Notes under the pieces: generated by a model | Told to the model about the DNA's origin: nothing | Databases searched by the model: none | Seen by the model: only the letters and a program-made list of their open reading frames with translations | Part shown: piece after piece, positions 28,184 through 38,075 of the stretch | Layout of the letters: every line of letters starts with the position of its first letter | How positions within the stretch are numbered: the first letter of the stretch is position 1 | Origin: an uncultured bacterium | GTDB taxonomy: Bacteria > Babelota > Babeliae > Babelales > Babelaceae | Direction of reading: 5' to 3' | Length of the DNA: 44,012 nt | Assembly (NCBI GenBank): GCA_963824495.1 | Contig: CAWGPQ010000007.1 | Span: forward strand, 1-44,012 | Program-made: the position numbers and the translations under genes

Positions 28184-29664
28184 GATTCTGAAGGTATACT
28201 GGTTTGATCAGGAAGAACAGGTATGAAAAAATCTGCTGCTGATGTTTGAGGTGATATTTGAGGTGATAGTTGGGTAGGACTGTTACTCTCTGGTATAGGG
28301 TGAGGAATATACTGTTCTTTTATAACTTGACGTGCTCGACCAAGCGCTAGGGCGTTATCGGGAACGTTTTCAGTAATAACCGATCCAGCACCGGTAACTG
28401 CATTAGCACCAATAGTTAGAGGAGCAACAAGCGAATTATTGCTCCCAATATGGGCCTTATCGTTAATAATAGTCTGATGCTTGTAGACACCGTCATAATT
28501 AGCGATTATAGTACCAGCACCAATATTAACATGTGATCCAAGTTGAGCATCACCTAAATAGGTTAAATGCTTGGCCTTTGTTCCAAGCCCGACTGAGCTT
28601 CTTGTAACCTCAACAAAATTGCCAATACAAGCACGCTCGCCAATAGTGCTTTTATTATGAATATGCGCAAATGGTCCAACGTGAGCATGTGATAAAACTT
28701 CTGAATCGCTAATAACGCTATGTGTTTTTACGATTACATTATCATGAATGATGCTGTTACTTAGTACCGAAAAGGCATCAATAGAGCAGTTGGCGCCAAT
28801 ACGAGTTCCATCAGTTAGGATAACTCCTGCTCCAATAACGGTACCTGCACCGATGGTAACGGTGCTATCGATATGGCTTGTCTGTGGTGTAAGAAAACGA
28901 ACACCATTGTCCATCCAGTAACCAATCAATTCAGAACGCTTAATGTGTTCGGCTATCCAGAGTTCTCTAAGAGTATTAATACCCCTAATCTGGTCAAAGG
29001 GTGCCGTAATGGTTTTTACCAGATGGCCTTGGTGGCTTATCAAACTGATTAGATCGGTAATGTAGAGCTCGCCTGTCTGACCGTTTGGTTCAAGTTGGGG
29101 GAGCATGAACTCAAGCATTTCACGTTTAATAAGATATATTCCAGCATTAACACAACAATGTTGTGTGGTATCACCTACAAAATGTTGTGCTTCGATAATG
29201 CTTATACCTGAGCTGTCATGAACTACCCGACCATAGCCTGTCAATAAAGGGTCGCTATTATGAGCTACAACAAACGTCAGTGCTGCACCACTTGCTTGAT
29301 GTGTTTCAAGTAGATCACGAATAACTCCTTGTGTGACTAAAGGCGCGTCACCACCCAGTATGAGAATATTTTCAGCATACCACATGGTACGTGAACACAA
29401 GATGGCATGACCTGTGCCTCGTTGCTCATGCTGCTCGCAATACGTAAGCCCAGCTACACCAGCTTTAGTAAAGATAGCTTGTATGTGTTCTTTTTGATGT
29501 CCTATAATAAGCGTTATAGGAATAGAAAAATTACGCAGTAATGTGACCGGATAGGTGATCAGTTCTTGTCCGCAAAGCTTAAAGCTTAATTTAGTTGTGG
29601 GGGTTTTAAAGCGGGATGAAGAGCCGGCAGCAAGGATAAATCCTTGGACCGTTGAGTTATGCAT
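28180..29664 (-). CDS. glmU: Bifunctional GlcNAc-1-P uridyltransferase / glucosamine-1-P acetyltransferase
   Basis: Start moved to ATG 29664 (GGAG RBS). ILAAG, EQRGTGHA, GDAPL, ELYITD, GINT, hexapeptide repeats, HLTYLGDA, NYDG. Confidence 0.95.
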   Translation of the reverse strand: MHNSTVQGFILAAGSSSRFKTPTTKLSFKLCGQELITYPVTLLRNFSIPITLIIGHQKEHIQAIFTKAGVAGLTYCEQHEQRGTGHAILCSRTMWYAENILILGGDAPLVTQGVIRDLLETHQASGAALTFVVAHNSDPLLTGYGRVVHDSSGISIIEAQHFVGDTTQHCCVNAGIYLIKREMLEFMLPQLEPNGQTGELYITDLISLISHQGHLVKTITAPFDQIRGINTLRELWIAEHIKRSELIGYWMDNGVRFLTPQTSHIDSTVTIGAGTVIGAGVILTDGTRIGANCSIDAFSVLSNSIIHDNVIVKTHSVISDSEVLSHAHVGPFAHIHNKSTIGERACIGNFVEVTRSSVGLGTKAKHLTYLGDAQLGSHVNIGAGTIIANYDGVYKHQTIINDKAHIGSNNSLVAPLTIGANAVTGAGSVITENVPDNALALGRARQVIKEQYIPHPIPESNSPTQLSPQISPQTSAADFFIPVLPDQTSIPSES

Positions 29665-29859
29665 TGTTTCTCCTACGCACATGATAATACGTATATACGT
29701 AGTTAAGAATAGCACTGCTTACAGGGGAAGTCTAAAGCAGTTTTAGCTTGTGAGCTAATTTTAAGGAATGCCTGTATTGCTTGTTGGCTATTAGAAATAA
29801 CTATCTATATACTTATTGATAATGGGTCTCTCATTAATTAAATTCAATAAGGACAGACG

Positions 29860-31821
29860 ATGAAAGAAAGACAACCAAGACCACAAAGGTTAACTATACT
29901 TATAGCTCTCACGGCATGTTTACTATCGAGTTATTCATCGCACGTGTATAGCATGGAACCTGAAATCCCAAACGAAGCCAATCGTGCATTATCTGAAGCA
30001 GTGAAAGAGGGAGATATTGATAAAGTCCAAGGAGCACTTAACGTTGGCGCCTCTCCCAATTGTGTTATCGATAATGATGGCAATACTGCCCTTATGGAAG
30101 CAGTGGGCAAGGAAGGTGAAGGTCCAATGGTTAAGTTGCTTATAGAGCATGGTGCTGACGTTAATCATGCCAATAATCGTGGCTTTACTGCTTTTATGCT
30201 GGCAACGAATATTGATGTAGCCAGATTGCTTATAGAAGCTGGTGCTGATGTTAATCACGCTGATAATAATGGCGATACTGCTCTCATATGGGCAGCTGAC
30301 GAGAAAGATGAAGATCCAGATATGGTTAAGTTGCTTATAGAGCATGGTGCTGACGTTAATCGTGTTAATAATGATGGCAAAACTGCTCTTATATGGGCAG
30401 CTGAAAACAGGTATAGAGATATAGTGAGACTACTTATAGACCATGGTGCCACTCTACCAAGCAGAGCAAGCGAGGAAACAGAAAAGATCATTCGCTCTAT
30501 ATTTGATACTAACGAGCTAGCCTATGAAGCAGCGCGGGGGAATGGAGAAGGAGTTCTGGAAATAGCTATAGCACAACCAGGCATGATCAATAACCAAGAT
30601 GCTCAAGGCTTTACTGCTCTACATTGGGCTGCTGCTCAAGGACATGCTGACATTGTCGTTGCTCTCTTGGACCGCAGAGCTAACTTTAGATTGAGGAATG
30701 CAGAAGGCCTAACACCTTACCAACTTGCTGAAAGAAATAGAAATGAAATGACTCGTGCTGGTAATGCTAGAGAAGCACAACAATTTCAGAATACTATGGA
30801 TACCATAACTAATTTTCTTACTCAGTTTACTGCACCCAGAACGTTAATGAGTGCCTTTTGTCAAATGACTGGAGCTGCTCCTGCCGGGGTGCCCCAAGCA
30901 ATCGTAGCGCATAATCTACCCCAAGTAGCTATTAGAAATCCTAATACCGCTCTACTTATCGCAGTTGCTAATGGCAGCAATAATGGAGTTACAGGAGCTC
31001 TTGAAAGAGGTGCTAACGTTAATTATGCAAGTTTTATGAGCGTTACACCACTTATGGTTGCGGCACGTCGTGGCAACCTTGATGTGGTCAAATTACTTAT
31101 AGAACGTGGTGCTCATATTAATCAGGCCAATAGCAATGGCCTTACTGCACTTAGTTTAGCCGCAGGCTTACACCATATAGAAGTAGCTTGGTTTCTTCTC
31201 GAGCATGGGAGCACATTGCTTAACGCAGAAACTCTCAAGAAATTCATGCGAGCAGCTCGTGCTGCTAATAAACCAGCTGCTCAATTTTTAAGAATAGTTC
31301 AACGTCTGCTAAACAATATTCGTAGTATATTTGGTGTTGATCCTCTTGCCTATGCTGCCGCAACAGGAGATGCTCAAGAAATAATCAAGCTTCTTCTTTC
31401 AACACTACCAGTAAATTCGTCCTTGCTCTCTATGCGTGATGCACGAGGTATGACGCCTCTTCATTGGGCTGCAGCTACCGGTAACGCTGCTATTGTCAAT
31501 ATATTACTTGAGCATGGAGCTGATTGGGGTAACGAGAATGTTGAAGGCTTAACAGCTGCCCGTCTTGCTGAAAGAAATAGAGATGAAATGACTCGTGCTG
31601 GTGATACTGAAGGAGCACAGCGTATGCAAGCTGTTATCGATGCTATTGCCGAAATGATTCCATATCTACGACGTAGAGCTACTGCTCCAAGAGCACAAGA
31701 ACGCTCAGCTCGGCCACCTACCAGACAACGTCGCACTGCAACGGAAAGACTTGTCCAAGAAATGAGGTTAGGCACCCTTCCTCAACGGCCACCCTTAGGA
31801 GGCGGCACAAGCAATCTCTAA
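29860..31821 (+). CDS. Exported ankyrin-repeat protein built from two duplicated modules, with a basic Pro-rich tail
   Basis: AAGGA RBS, signal peptide, ANK repeats. LAERNR(N/D)EMTRAG occurs twice (about 30724 and 31564). Confidence 0.93.
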   Translation: MKERQPRPQRLTILIALTACLLSSYSSHVYSMEPEIPNEANRALSEAVKEGDIDKVQGALNVGASPNCVIDNDGNTALMEAVGKEGEGPMVKLLIEHGADVNHANNRGFTAFMLATNIDVARLLIEAGADVNHADNNGDTALIWAADEKDEDPDMVKLLIEHGADVNRVNNDGKTALIWAAENRYRDIVRLLIDHGATLPSRASEETEKIIRSIFDTNELAYEAARGNGEGVLEIAIAQPGMINNQDAQGFTALHWAAAQGHADIVVALLDRRANFRLRNAEGLTPYQLAERNRNEMTRAGNAREAQQFQNTMDTITNFLTQFTAPRTLMSAFCQMTGAAPAGVPQAIVAHNLPQVAIRNPNTALLIAVANGSNNGVTGALERGANVNYASFMSVTPLMVAARRGNLDVVKLLIERGAHINQANSNGLTALSLAAGLHHIEVAWFLLEHGSTLLNAETLKKFMRAARAANKPAAQFLRIVQRLLNNIRSIFGVDPLAYAAATGDAQEIIKLLLSTLPVNSSLLSMRDARGMTPLHWAAATGNAAIVNILLEHGADWGNENVEGLTAARLAERNRDEMTRAGDTEGAQRMQAVIDAIAEMIPYLRRRATAPRAQERSARPPTRQRRTATERLVQEMRLGTLPQRPPLGGGTSNL

Positions 31822-32028
31822 GCAGAGCACTGCTCAGGCATCCTGCAGCAATCTTGCTATATATATTTGATACTTACGGATACTCACGAGATGTGAATTT
31901 TGTAGTAAACTCTACGCTAATAGTTCATAAGCATGCCTCCCTGTTTACTGCTGAGCTTGATGAGAAGAAATCAGACTAGTAGACTATAAAAAAATAATGT
32001 ATACTAAAAAATAAAGTACAGGGATACG

Positions 32029-32655
32029 GTGATTCAAAATTTTCAGCAAGGTATAGTATTACGCTGCTTTATGCCCTACCAGCGCAAAATGATAGTGTTG
32101 GATCGTGAAATTGGACGAATCGAATGCTCAGTACCTTGGAAAGCTTATAAAGGCTTGGTTGTACAAGCAGGGCTTATAGCGTATGTGCTTTCACCGTTGC
32201 ATAGGACATATGCTCTAGTTGATATAGAACTTGTAGCGCTTCCTGTGCTATGGGTACGAGGAGATATTCTATTTCTTCACCACATACTTGAGTTGTGCGT
32301 GCATTTGCTACCGTTGCATAGTAGCAACGTCGAATCTGTTTTTGATCTACTGATGGTGCTGTATACTCTTGAAAATCTTGAATATAATCAGAAGTTTTTT
32401 AAGCAGCTGTTTTTATGTCGATTTTTTGCTATTTTAGGCATGTATCCTGATGATACAGCTAACAATTACGATAGTATCTTATTTGACTTGATTTCAGGGC
32501 CTATCGATATTATGTTGAATGTTCGTTATGATACTCATATGTCAAACAGGCTCAATCGGTGGCTTGTTGGCTGTCTAGCGACATATCCCTATAGAGATAA
32601 ACTGAAAACAAGCTTCTTTTTAACAAACATGAATAGCATGGATAGCAATGAATAA
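32029..32655 (+). CDS. Divergent DNA repair protein RecO-like
   Basis: GIVLR...KMIVLDREIGRI resembles the RecO N-terminal OB fold; FLCRFFAILGMYP resembles the RecO helical region; size is compatible. No zinc finger. Confidence 0.5.
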   Translation: MIQNFQQGIVLRCFMPYQRKMIVLDREIGRIECSVPWKAYKGLVVQAGLIAYVLSPLHRTYALVDIELVALPVLWVRGDILFLHHILELCVHLLPLHSSNVESVFDLLMVLYTLENLEYNQKFFKQLFLCRFFAILGMYPDDTANNYDSILFDLISGPIDIMLNVRYDTHMSNRLNRWLVGCLATYPYRDKLKTSFFLTNMNSMDSNE

Positions 32656-35600
32656 ACTATATAAGATAGCTAAGCTAAGTGGGTTGATTATACTCACGTA
32701 TGGATCTTTGTTGTATAGTAGCCCTTTTACACCCTGGCAGCGGTTACTCAAAACAGATGAAAAAAAAGAATCAGCACCTGTTAACCCTCTCGATCGCCAA
32801 ATACAGACGTTGGAGAAAGAGAAAAGTGAGCTCGGATCGCAAGCCGAGCGGAAAGCTCAAGCAGAAAAAATCTCAACACAGATAGCTATTTTGAAAGAAA
32901 AGCTCAAAACTGCTTCTACTACAGAGCGTGAGTTCCTTAACAAGAAGCTTTCGCTACTGAGTCAAATATTACAAGCATGTAACGAGCTCCAGCAAGCGGT
33001 GCAACAGGTAGAAGGGCTTATTGCACAGCACCAAGCTCTTCTACATGAATATAAAGAAGATCCTGAATTTAAGAATTTAAGGATACCCGTTCAGGCATCA
33101 TATAGCTTCGATAAGCTGCAAGAGCTCGGACAGCGCTTACTCGATTATAAAATCAAGATAAGTGATCTCGAAAAAAATAAACTTACTAGTGCGGATGATC
33201 TTGCTAAACGTAAAAAAGCACTTGCTGCTATTCAGGAAGAATATCGAGAAAAACAGAAACAACAAGAAGAATTTGGTTTACGCACATCGGCGGAAGTTAC
33301 TCCAGCGGAAAATGGTTTTTCCCCGGCGCAGCGTGGAGAGTTGCTTGATGAACATAAGCGTTTATTGAGCTACAAAAAAGATCTAGCCGAGCTTAAGGTT
33401 AAAGAATCTGAACGTAAGCTTGCCTTGAGTGATTCACAGCTTGAGATTACAAAAAAGCAGGCGCTTGGTATACGTGATGATTATGCTCGTATTAAGCGAT
33501 CACTCCATGTAGATGCACAGTATGTAAAAAAAGCTGAAACTGAGCTGGAAAGCAAGCGTCAAGGATTAGCAACCAAACTCGAGCGCCTTCATGAAAGAAT
33601 GAAGGTTTTATCACCACTGAAAGATGATATTAAGAGGCAGCTTGACGATGCTATTACGCGTTTTGGTATTTCTATGAGCGATTTGACCCTTCTTAAGGAA
33701 TGGTCTAAAGAGCCTCGATCAATCTCAGAATGGTTAGCTATTTGCACAATTGGCAACTTAAGCGCACGTGAAGCTCTCATAGATATTGAGCGAGAGTATT
33801 TGGAAGCCCAAATTGATCTTGAAAAGGCAAAATTTAGGCTTGATGAACTTAATGTCTATGTTATTCGCTCATGGCATAAAATGACGCAAAAAAAATTTAG
33901 AGCTGATCTGGATAAAGAGATTGATCAAGAAATTAAAAATTATGAAACACCACGAGCTGAGCTTCAAGCTGATTTGGCAGTTTTTACCGAAAGGCGTAAT
34001 AGTGCAATTAACGTCTTACATAGCTTAAATGTGCTACTTGATCGCGTTAAGTCATTAAGCACGCTACTTAAAGAGCACAAAAATCTTGAGTTTAAAGATC
34101 ATCAAGACATATTTCGAGCCTGTTTGCAGTTACTCTATGAGTCTGAAGAACAAATTCGCAAGCGTATTGATTATACTGCTAAATTAATTGAGCTGTACTC
34201 TGCGATTATTGCTACCGTAAACGATAGCATGAAGCATATTGAAAGCGTAGTTGCAGAATTGGGTACTAAAAGCTTTTGGCGACGCTCAGAACAATCTATT
34301 GAGTGGAGTGAGGTAAGGAATTTTTTCCCTGATCTTAAGCGGTTTTTCTCTGACGCTCATACGGCTGCCCTCAGTTTATTTTCAGTAGACAGTATGCAGG
34401 CAGCTATCGGCACCCTTAAAAAAATTGCTGCAGATAGGACAATGCTTTTTATTGTATTACTGCGGCTAACCATGATTATCGTTATCTTTATGCTTATTCG
34501 GGCATATTTACCAGATATAATAAGCCACCTTTCATCAATACCCAAAGAATATGGGCGCATATCTGTTATAAGTTTAGCGATAGCAAAATTCTTAGACTTT
34601 ATTTATTATCATTTGGTTATTATGTATGGCTGGTCTGTTGTATATGTTCTTATTAAATTTGGATTTATTCAAAATGCTTCAGTGGCTATTATTTTTTACT
34701 TGCTTTCAATACCAGTTATGCTTGCTCTTGCGTATCGGCTTACACGGTATTTTTTAGTAGCTAATGAACGTTCTGGTTATGTATTTATTAGTCGCTCGTA
34801 TGAGCCGCGCTTTGTGGGTGTTGTCTCATCGTTGTTATATGCGACCATTTGTTTGTTTTTTCTTCGTGAAGCATTTCTGAGGGGGAATTATCCCTATCCA
34901 GCATCACATGTGCCTACTATTTTGCTTGCGCTGAGTTTTATTGCGCTCCAGATAGCTCTTATGAGTTTAATTGGCAAAGAACAGATTCTGCGAGCTATTC
35001 CCACGCATACGCCCATGTGGGAATGGATTAAAGACCATGTAAGTAAGTATTATTATTTGTTATGGCTGTGTGTTATTGCTATTATTGTTATGAGCAATCC
35101 GTATGTTGGTTACGGCCACCAGGTACTGTATATTCTCTCCCGTGTTGCATTAACAGCATTGCTTGTTCCACTGTTTTTGTGGGTACATAATCGTGTCAAG
35201 CGTATCTCATCTGATCTTTTCTTCTATTATTCTGAAGGAGAGGCAATTAAAGAGCGTTTTGCAACAGGCAGAACCTGGTATGGTCTTTTTGTAATTGCCT
35301 CATTTCTTCTTTTCGTCTTAATGGCGGTACTTGTTATTGCTCAAATTTGGGGTTATCCGGTAACGTTGCGTGATATATCAGAATGGCTTAACTATGAGCT
35401 GTACAGTCCTGGCTTTGATGAGATGGGCAGACGTATCTGGGTTACCGGTCTTTCGCTACTTAAAATTGTTTTATTTATTTTGAGCGGTATTGGATTAACC
35501 TATATAATTAATCATTTTATCCTCAAGCGTATTTTTGACCCCTTGCTTGTTGGTTCAGGTGTTCAGAATACTATTTTTACGCTTACACGCTACGCAATTA

Positions 35601-36277
35601 TTGTCTTGTCGGTTTTAATCGGGCTTCAAAGCGCGGGCTTAGATGCCATGACAACAAAGATTGCAATCGTTATTGGTGGTCTGAGCGTTGCATTACGGGA
35701 GCCGATCGGCGATTTTCTAGCATATTTTATTATTCTTGTACAAAGGCCAATCAAAATTGGTGATTTAGTCATGATTGACGAAAATGTAACTGGTGTCGTG
35801 CGCCATATTACTCCACGCTCAGTGCTCTTGCGGCGTAAAAATAGTGTAACGATTGTCGTACCTAATTTACAAGTTATTACCAAGCCTCTGATAAACTGGA
35901 ACTACTCTCGTTCGTTCTTTGCTTTTAATGATATTCTTATTACGGTACCCTATTCATGTGACCCAGCACGAGTACGGCAGCTTATGCTAAAAGTGCTTGA
36001 ATTAAATAGCAATGTTCTCAAGACCCCTTCGCCATTAGTATGGCTTCATGATTTTACCGATAATGGCTTTCAGTTTCTTGTACGAGGTTATTTGACAGCT
36101 GATAAAGTACTCGATCAATGGGAAATTAGCTCTGAAGTACGTCTTGAAATCGTCAAAACATTGCGCTTGCAGGGCATGGATATTGCTTCACCTACGCGTA
36201 CGGTCAAAATTATACCACCAGCTCAGCCATTTCATATACGAGAGCTTCAGGAGTTTCAGCCCGACACCAAAGAATAA
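32648..36277 (+). CDS. Large mechanosensitive channel of the MscS family (MscK/KefA-like)
   Basis: Signal peptide, long coiled-coil domain, multiple TM segments, ILVQRPIKIGDLV, IVVPN, LINWN, ITVPYSCD. Confidence 0.9.
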   Translation: MNKLYKIAKLSGLIILTYGSLLYSSPFTPWQRLLKTDEKKESAPVNPLDRQIQTLEKEKSELGSQAERKAQAEKISTQIAILKEKLKTASTTEREFLNKKLSLLSQILQACNELQQAVQQVEGLIAQHQALLHEYKEDPEFKNLRIPVQASYSFDKLQELGQRLLDYKIKISDLEKNKLTSADDLAKRKKALAAIQEEYREKQKQQEEFGLRTSAEVTPAENGFSPAQRGELLDEHKRLLSYKKDLAELKVKESERKLALSDSQLEITKKQALGIRDDYARIKRSLHVDAQYVKKAETELESKRQGLATKLERLHERMKVLSPLKDDIKRQLDDAITRFGISMSDLTLLKEWSKEPRSISEWLAICTIGNLSAREALIDIEREYLEAQIDLEKAKFRLDELNVYVIRSWHKMTQKKFRADLDKEIDQEIKNYETPRAELQADLAVFTERRNSAINVLHSLNVLLDRVKSLSTLLKEHKNLEFKDHQDIFRACLQLLYESEEQIRKRIDYTAKLIELYSAIIATVNDSMKHIESVVAELGTKSFWRRSEQSIEWSEVRNFFPDLKRFFSDAHTAALSLFSVDSMQAAIGTLKKIAADRTMLFIVLLRLTMIIVIFMLIRAYLPDIISHLSSIPKEYGRISVISLAIAKFLDFIYYHLVIMYGWSVVYVLIKFGFIQNASVAIIFYLLSIPVMLALAYRLTRYFLVANERSGYVFISRSYEPRFVGVVSSLLYATICLFFLREAFLRGNYPYPASHVPTILLALSFIALQIALMSLIGKEQILRAIPTHTPMWEWIKDHVSKYYYLLWLCVIAIIVMSNPYVGYGHQVLYILSRVALTALLVPLFLWVHNRVKRISSDLFFYYSEGEAIKERFATGRTWYGLFVIASFLLFVLMAVLVIAQIWGYPVTLRDISEWLNYELYSPGFDEMGRRIWVTGLSLLKIVLFILSGIGLTYIINHFILKRIFDPLLVGSGVQNTIFTLTRYAIIVLSVLIGLQSAGLDAMTTKIAIVIGGLSVALREPIGDFLAYFIILVQRPIKIGDLVMIDENVTGVVRHITPRSVLLRRKNSVTIVVPNLQVITKPLINWNYSRSFFAFNDILITVPYSCDPARVRQLMLKVLELNSNVLKTPSPLVWLHDFTDNGFQFLVRGYLTADKVLDQWEISSEVRLEIVKTLRLQGMDIASPTRTVKIIPPAQPFHIRELQEFQPDTKE

Positions 36278-36288
36278 CCATAAGAATA

Positions 36289-36322
36289 TGGGCAATATCT
36301 ATACTAGTATAGGTATTGCCCA
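36289..36322. terminator. Hairpin between convergent genes (probable bidirectional terminator)
   Basis: TGGGCAATATCTATA-CTAG-TATAGGTATTGCCCA: 15-bp stem with one G-U pair. Confidence 0.75.
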
Positions 36323-36343
36323 GGTATATCTTCTATCTCTTTT

Positions 36344-36559
36344 CTATCTTCTATGGGTAACGCGTACAACCATATCGTACAGGCCAGAGATGTAAAAGCC
36401 ATAAGCAATTGCCGCAAGTGCAGCAATAATAAGAATAAGGCTTAAGCCCTTTTGTAATAGTCCCATCGTATGCAGAAGAAGCACGAGCCCTCCTGTCATA
36501 ATGAGTAATCCTCGTACTGTCGCATTCGTACGTGGTGGCATTTCAGATGAACTTACCAT
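36344..36559 (-). CDS. Small two-TM membrane protein
   Basis: AAGGAG RBS, two hydrophobic helices, followed by the hairpin. Confidence 0.75.
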   Translation of the reverse strand: MVSSSEMPPRTNATVRGLLIMTGGLVLLLHTMGLLQKGLSLILIIAALAAIAYGFYISGLYDMVVRVTHRR

Positions 36560-36773
36560 AATCGCTCCTTTTTAAAAAAATATCTTTATTAACTAGTATA
36601 AAGAATTATAAGTCTTTTTCACAATACTATGATGGTTTTTTAAGAAAATAGCCTTCTGTTGAGCAAAAAATTAAAAAATAATTTTAAATTCTATTTTGAT
36701 TAACCCTTGTTTTTGCGTAAGAAAACTGATAATTTTAAAATAAAGGTATATAATCTGATAAACAGGAGATACG

Positions 36774-37262
36774 ATGAACTATATAGTTTCAAAAAGTACA
36801 CCATCACTTTTAAGTATAGTGATGCTCTTTGGTGTGTCATGTTATGCGTTAGGTCAAGGCCAAACAGCTCAAGATCTAGAAAATGCTTTGCAAAGTAACA
36901 GGAATTTAAAGCTTTTGGGTGATGCTACCCTATCGCCGGCCGTGGCTGCTCGACCATCCGGCGGACCACTATCAGATACACCAACGCTTAAGAGTTTAAG
37001 AGTATATCAGTCAACACAGAATCCTTCACAAGGTGTGGGTGTTGCTACCTTTAGTATTCCAGGTTTGTTTCAGCCTACCGCCATTGCTGCACAACTGAAT
37101 GTTATTCTTTCACATCGGGTAGAGCCGCAAGCAACTGGTACTGACATTCTGTTAGTAGGGGGAGCACCCATTGGCAATAAACTTCTTGGTACCATTGCTA
37201 CAGGTACAGGGGAAATGTATTACGTGTATGCTGCCCCCGTAGAATCCATTCTTAATGTGTGA
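36774..37262 (+). CDS. Hypothetical exported protein
   Basis: AGGAG RBS; signal-like LLSIVMLFGVSCYA. No family recognised. Confidence 0.7.
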   Translation: MNYIVSKSTPSLLSIVMLFGVSCYALGQGQTAQDLENALQSNRNLKLLGDATLSPAVAARPSGGPLSDTPTLKSLRVYQSTQNPSQGVGVATFSIPGLFQPTAIAAQLNVILSHRVEPQATGTDILLVGGAPIGNKLLGTIATGTGEMYYVYAAPVESILNV

Positions 37263-37271
37263 CCTGAGGTT

Positions 37272-38075
37272 TCATGAACATGGTCCAATCTTGTTTCCTG
37301 ATTCGTATCGTTTAAGCCCCGAGTAAAAGACAAGAAATGCCATACAAGAAAAAGCTAGTGAACTGCTTATTAACAGAAGCAATAAAGGCCACGAGAAGCT
37401 TCGAATTAGTTCGACGGGAAGGTAGCTAATAACGCCTGCAGGAATCAAACTGAACATGATGACTTGTAGCAGTCCAGAGTATATGCTCGTTGGGTAGAGA
37501 GCAAAGAGAAAAAGAGCATCGCAATATTTTTTAGATAATCCCTCAACAGAGCCCATCCAAAAAGGAAGACTATGGGCAATTATGTTCATCGAAGTAAAAA
37601 CTAAACAGCTGCTTACAATGCTTATCAAGATTAAAGGGGTCCTATCGAGTGTGACAACTCGTGTAAGCACGAGTAAGATTATCGCAGTTATGAGGTTACC
37701 CCATCCCTTTGAAATTGACTTTGAGCCGGCAATATGCAGGAGTACATTTTTGGGCTGAGTCATAAACGAATCAAGATCGCCAGCAATAATCATTTTTGAC
37801 AAATTTCTTATACCTCCAAAGCACACTTGCATCAACCCAAATCCCCCTTTTACAACCGCCATGAGGATGATCATATCATCGAAATTCCATCCGGCAATAC
37901 CATTAAACTGGCGAAAAAAAATCCACCAAAGCGCAAGAAATATAAGGTTATCTGCGAGTATTAGCCCTGATTCAATAAGAAATGCTCCCCTTTTGCTCAT
38001 CGATGCCTTGATGCTTGTCCTGAGAAGATATACAAAAAACATACTAGTTTTCAGCACCGTCTTAGCCCCCTTCAA
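37272..38075 (-). CDS. ABC-2 family transporter permease (DUF990-like)
   Basis: About 6 TM segments; IAGWNF, GDLDSFMTQPKN, YPTSIY, GLKRYESG. Confidence 0.88.
   Translation of the reverse strand: MKGAKTVLKTSMFFVYLLRTSIKASMSKRGAFLIESGLILADNLIFLALWWIFFRQFNGIAGWNFDDMIILMAVVKGGFGLMQVCFGGIRNLSKMIIAGDLDSFMTQPKNVLLHIAGSKSISKGWGNLITAIILLVLTRVVTLDRTPLILISIVSSCLVFTSMNIIAHSLPFWMGSVEGLSKKYCDALFLFALYPTSIYSGLLQVIMFSLIPAGVISYLPVELIRSFSWPLLLLLISSSLAFSCMAFLVFYSGLKRYESGNKIGPCS

Noticed and set aside
462..30491. Mutually similar antisense ORFs over ANK genes (462..911, 2256..2471, 3455..3757, 29989..30345 and others) with a recurring MLYKQ.NY motif
   Set aside because: These are reverse-complement shadows of the repeated ANK codons, with no independent RBS or coding signal.
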